Source of the DNA: a bacterium
Lineage (GTDB): Bacteria > Zhuqueibacterota > Zhuqueibacteria > Oceanimicrobiales > Oceanimicrobiaceae
Assembly (NCBI GenBank): GCA_046757525.1
Contig: JBHHYI010000151.1
Span: forward strand, 1 to 10,254
Direction: 5' to 3'
DNA length: 10,254 bases
Shown: piece by piece, positions 9,149 to 10,254 of the stretch
Layout: every line of letters begins with the position of its first letter
Numbering within the stretch: the first letter of the stretch is position 1
The notes under the pieces: model-generated
Databases searched by the model: none
Told to the model about the DNA's origin: nothing
The model's input: the letters and a program-made list of their open reading frames with translations, nothing else
Program-made: the position numbers and the translations under genes

Positions 9149-10241
9149 CCTCAACAAAAAACCTTGAAAACTCTGAATTCTGCTCAAAAGAATCAAAAGC
9201 TTTCTTTTTGGGACTGGTAAAAAAAATCTGTCCCCTGTCTTTTAATGAATCAAAAACGTTAACTTCCCTTGTGTCATCCAACTCCGATTTGAAATCATCC
9301 AATAACAAGATGGGCGTCTCTTCTTTTCTCTTTTTAATGATGCTAAATTCAGCCAATTTAGTTGAAATTAAAGCGGACTTATGTTCACCACGGGAACCAA
9401 ACTTCTTTAAGTCCATTCCGTTGATGGTAAAGATAAAATCATCCCGGTGCGGACCAACGAGAGTCTTACCCAAGATTCTCTCTTTGTTTTTGACTTGGGC
9501 CAGGCCGGCCCGAAATTTGTCTATCCAGGAGTCTTGATTAACGGAAGACAAAGTAGAGGACAGCGAAATTTGCAGGTCATCTTTCGAAGCAGAGTAGTTC
9601 TTGTAAATGGTATTGACTATGTTGGAAAACTCTCTAATAAAACCGTATCTTTGACTGACTATTGCGCTACCAACGGTTAATAAACGGTTGGTCCATGGTT
9701 CAATGGTTGATTCCGATATATCAACCCCCTCGCGGACACTTTGTAAAATGCTGTTTCTCTGTTTTAGAACCCGCGCGTAATCTTGAAGATTCGACAAGTA
9801 GGTCAAACTGATCTGGGACAAAAGGATGTCGACAAATCTCCTTCGTTCAGCCGGGCTACCCGTTGTGATTTTATAATCCTCAGGCGACATTACGACAATT
9901 GGAAATTGCCCGAATAGTTGAGACTGTTTGCTCAATTTCTTTCTGTCGATAGATATTTCCTTTTTCCCATCCCGAATGTATTGCAAAATTACTTGCTTTT
10001 TAATTCCATTATCAAAAAAAAATTGGCCTTCTACGGTGAAAAAATCGTTGCCATATTTAATCATGTCTTGATTATTAGCAAATCGGAAACTCCTTCCCAA
10101 ACACAGGAGATAGATGGCTTCTAACAAATTGGTTTTTCCCTCGGCATTTGCTCCATTGATCAAATTCAGTTTGGTTTTGAAAAGAGTTTCAGAATTTGCA
10201 TAGTTTCTGAAATTTACGACTTTTAGTTTTTCAAGGAACAT
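9120..10241 (-). CDS. recF: DNA replication and repair protein RecF (ABC/SMC-type ATPase)
   Basis: 373 aa. N-terminal 'NFRNY', Walker A 'GANAEGKTNLLEAIY', 'GSPAERRRFVD', 'GPHRDD', signature 'GSRGE' and Walker B/D-loop 'LLLDDFKSELD'. Lies upstream of gyrB as in the canonical dnaA-dnaN-recF-gyrB cluster. Confidence 0.97.
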   Translation of the reverse strand: MFLEKLKVVNFRNYANSETLFKTKLNLINGANAEGKTNLLEAIYLLCLGRSFRFANNQDMIKYGNDFFTVEGQFFFDNGIKKQVILQYIRDGKKEISIDRKKLSKQSQLFGQFPIVVMSPEDYKITTGSPAERRRFVDILLSQISLTYLSNLQDYARVLKQRNSILQSVREGVDISESTIEPWTNRLLTVGSAIVSQRYGFIREFSNIVNTIYKNYSASKDDLQISLSSTLSSVNQDSWIDKFRAGLAQVKNKERILGKTLVGPHRDDFIFTINGMDLKKFGSRGEHKSALISTKLAEFSIIKKRKEETPILLLDDFKSELDDTREVNVFDSLKDRGQIFFTSPKKKAFDSFEQNSEFSRFFVEDGQIEFCEL

Positions 10242-10242
10242 T

Positions 10243-10254
10243 TCAGTCGGGCGC
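10243..10254 (-). CDS. Possible 3' end of an upstream gene (dnaN by synteny)
   Basis: Minus strand GCG CCC GAC TGA a ATG: a stop codon 1 nt before the recF start. Only four codons are visible, so identity rests on synteny alone. Confidence 0.25.
   Translation of the reverse strand, partial: APD

Overview
Mostly a housekeeping, probably origin-proximal bacterial locus with eight co-oriented minus-strand genes. In transcription order (right to left): recF, dciA/DUF721, gyrB, gyrA, an intrinsic terminator-like hairpin, a 436-aa conserved-looking hypothetical protein, bioY, a 338-aa GH42-like TIM-barrel protein, and an alternative-type GlmU-like protein (NTP_transf_4-like domain plus left-handed beta-helix). 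The alternative GlmU, the hypothetical protein's C-terminal domain and the use of Shine-Dalgarno-like sites suggest an FCB-superphylum lineage outside Bacteroidia, such as KSB1, Calditrichota or Ignavibacteria (inference only). I see no RNA genes, CRISPR arrays, transposases or defence systems. The best candidates for novelty lie downstream of gyrA. One is a stand-alone Zn-site GH42-like barrel whose predicted catalytic residues differ from clan GH-A (DE instead of NE, no beta-7 Glu), sitting beside a GlmU-like gene with a non-canonical nucleotidyltransferase motif. The other is a three-part hypothetical protein with an acidic linker and a basic C-terminal domain. All family calls come from motif recognition by eye, not from database searches.
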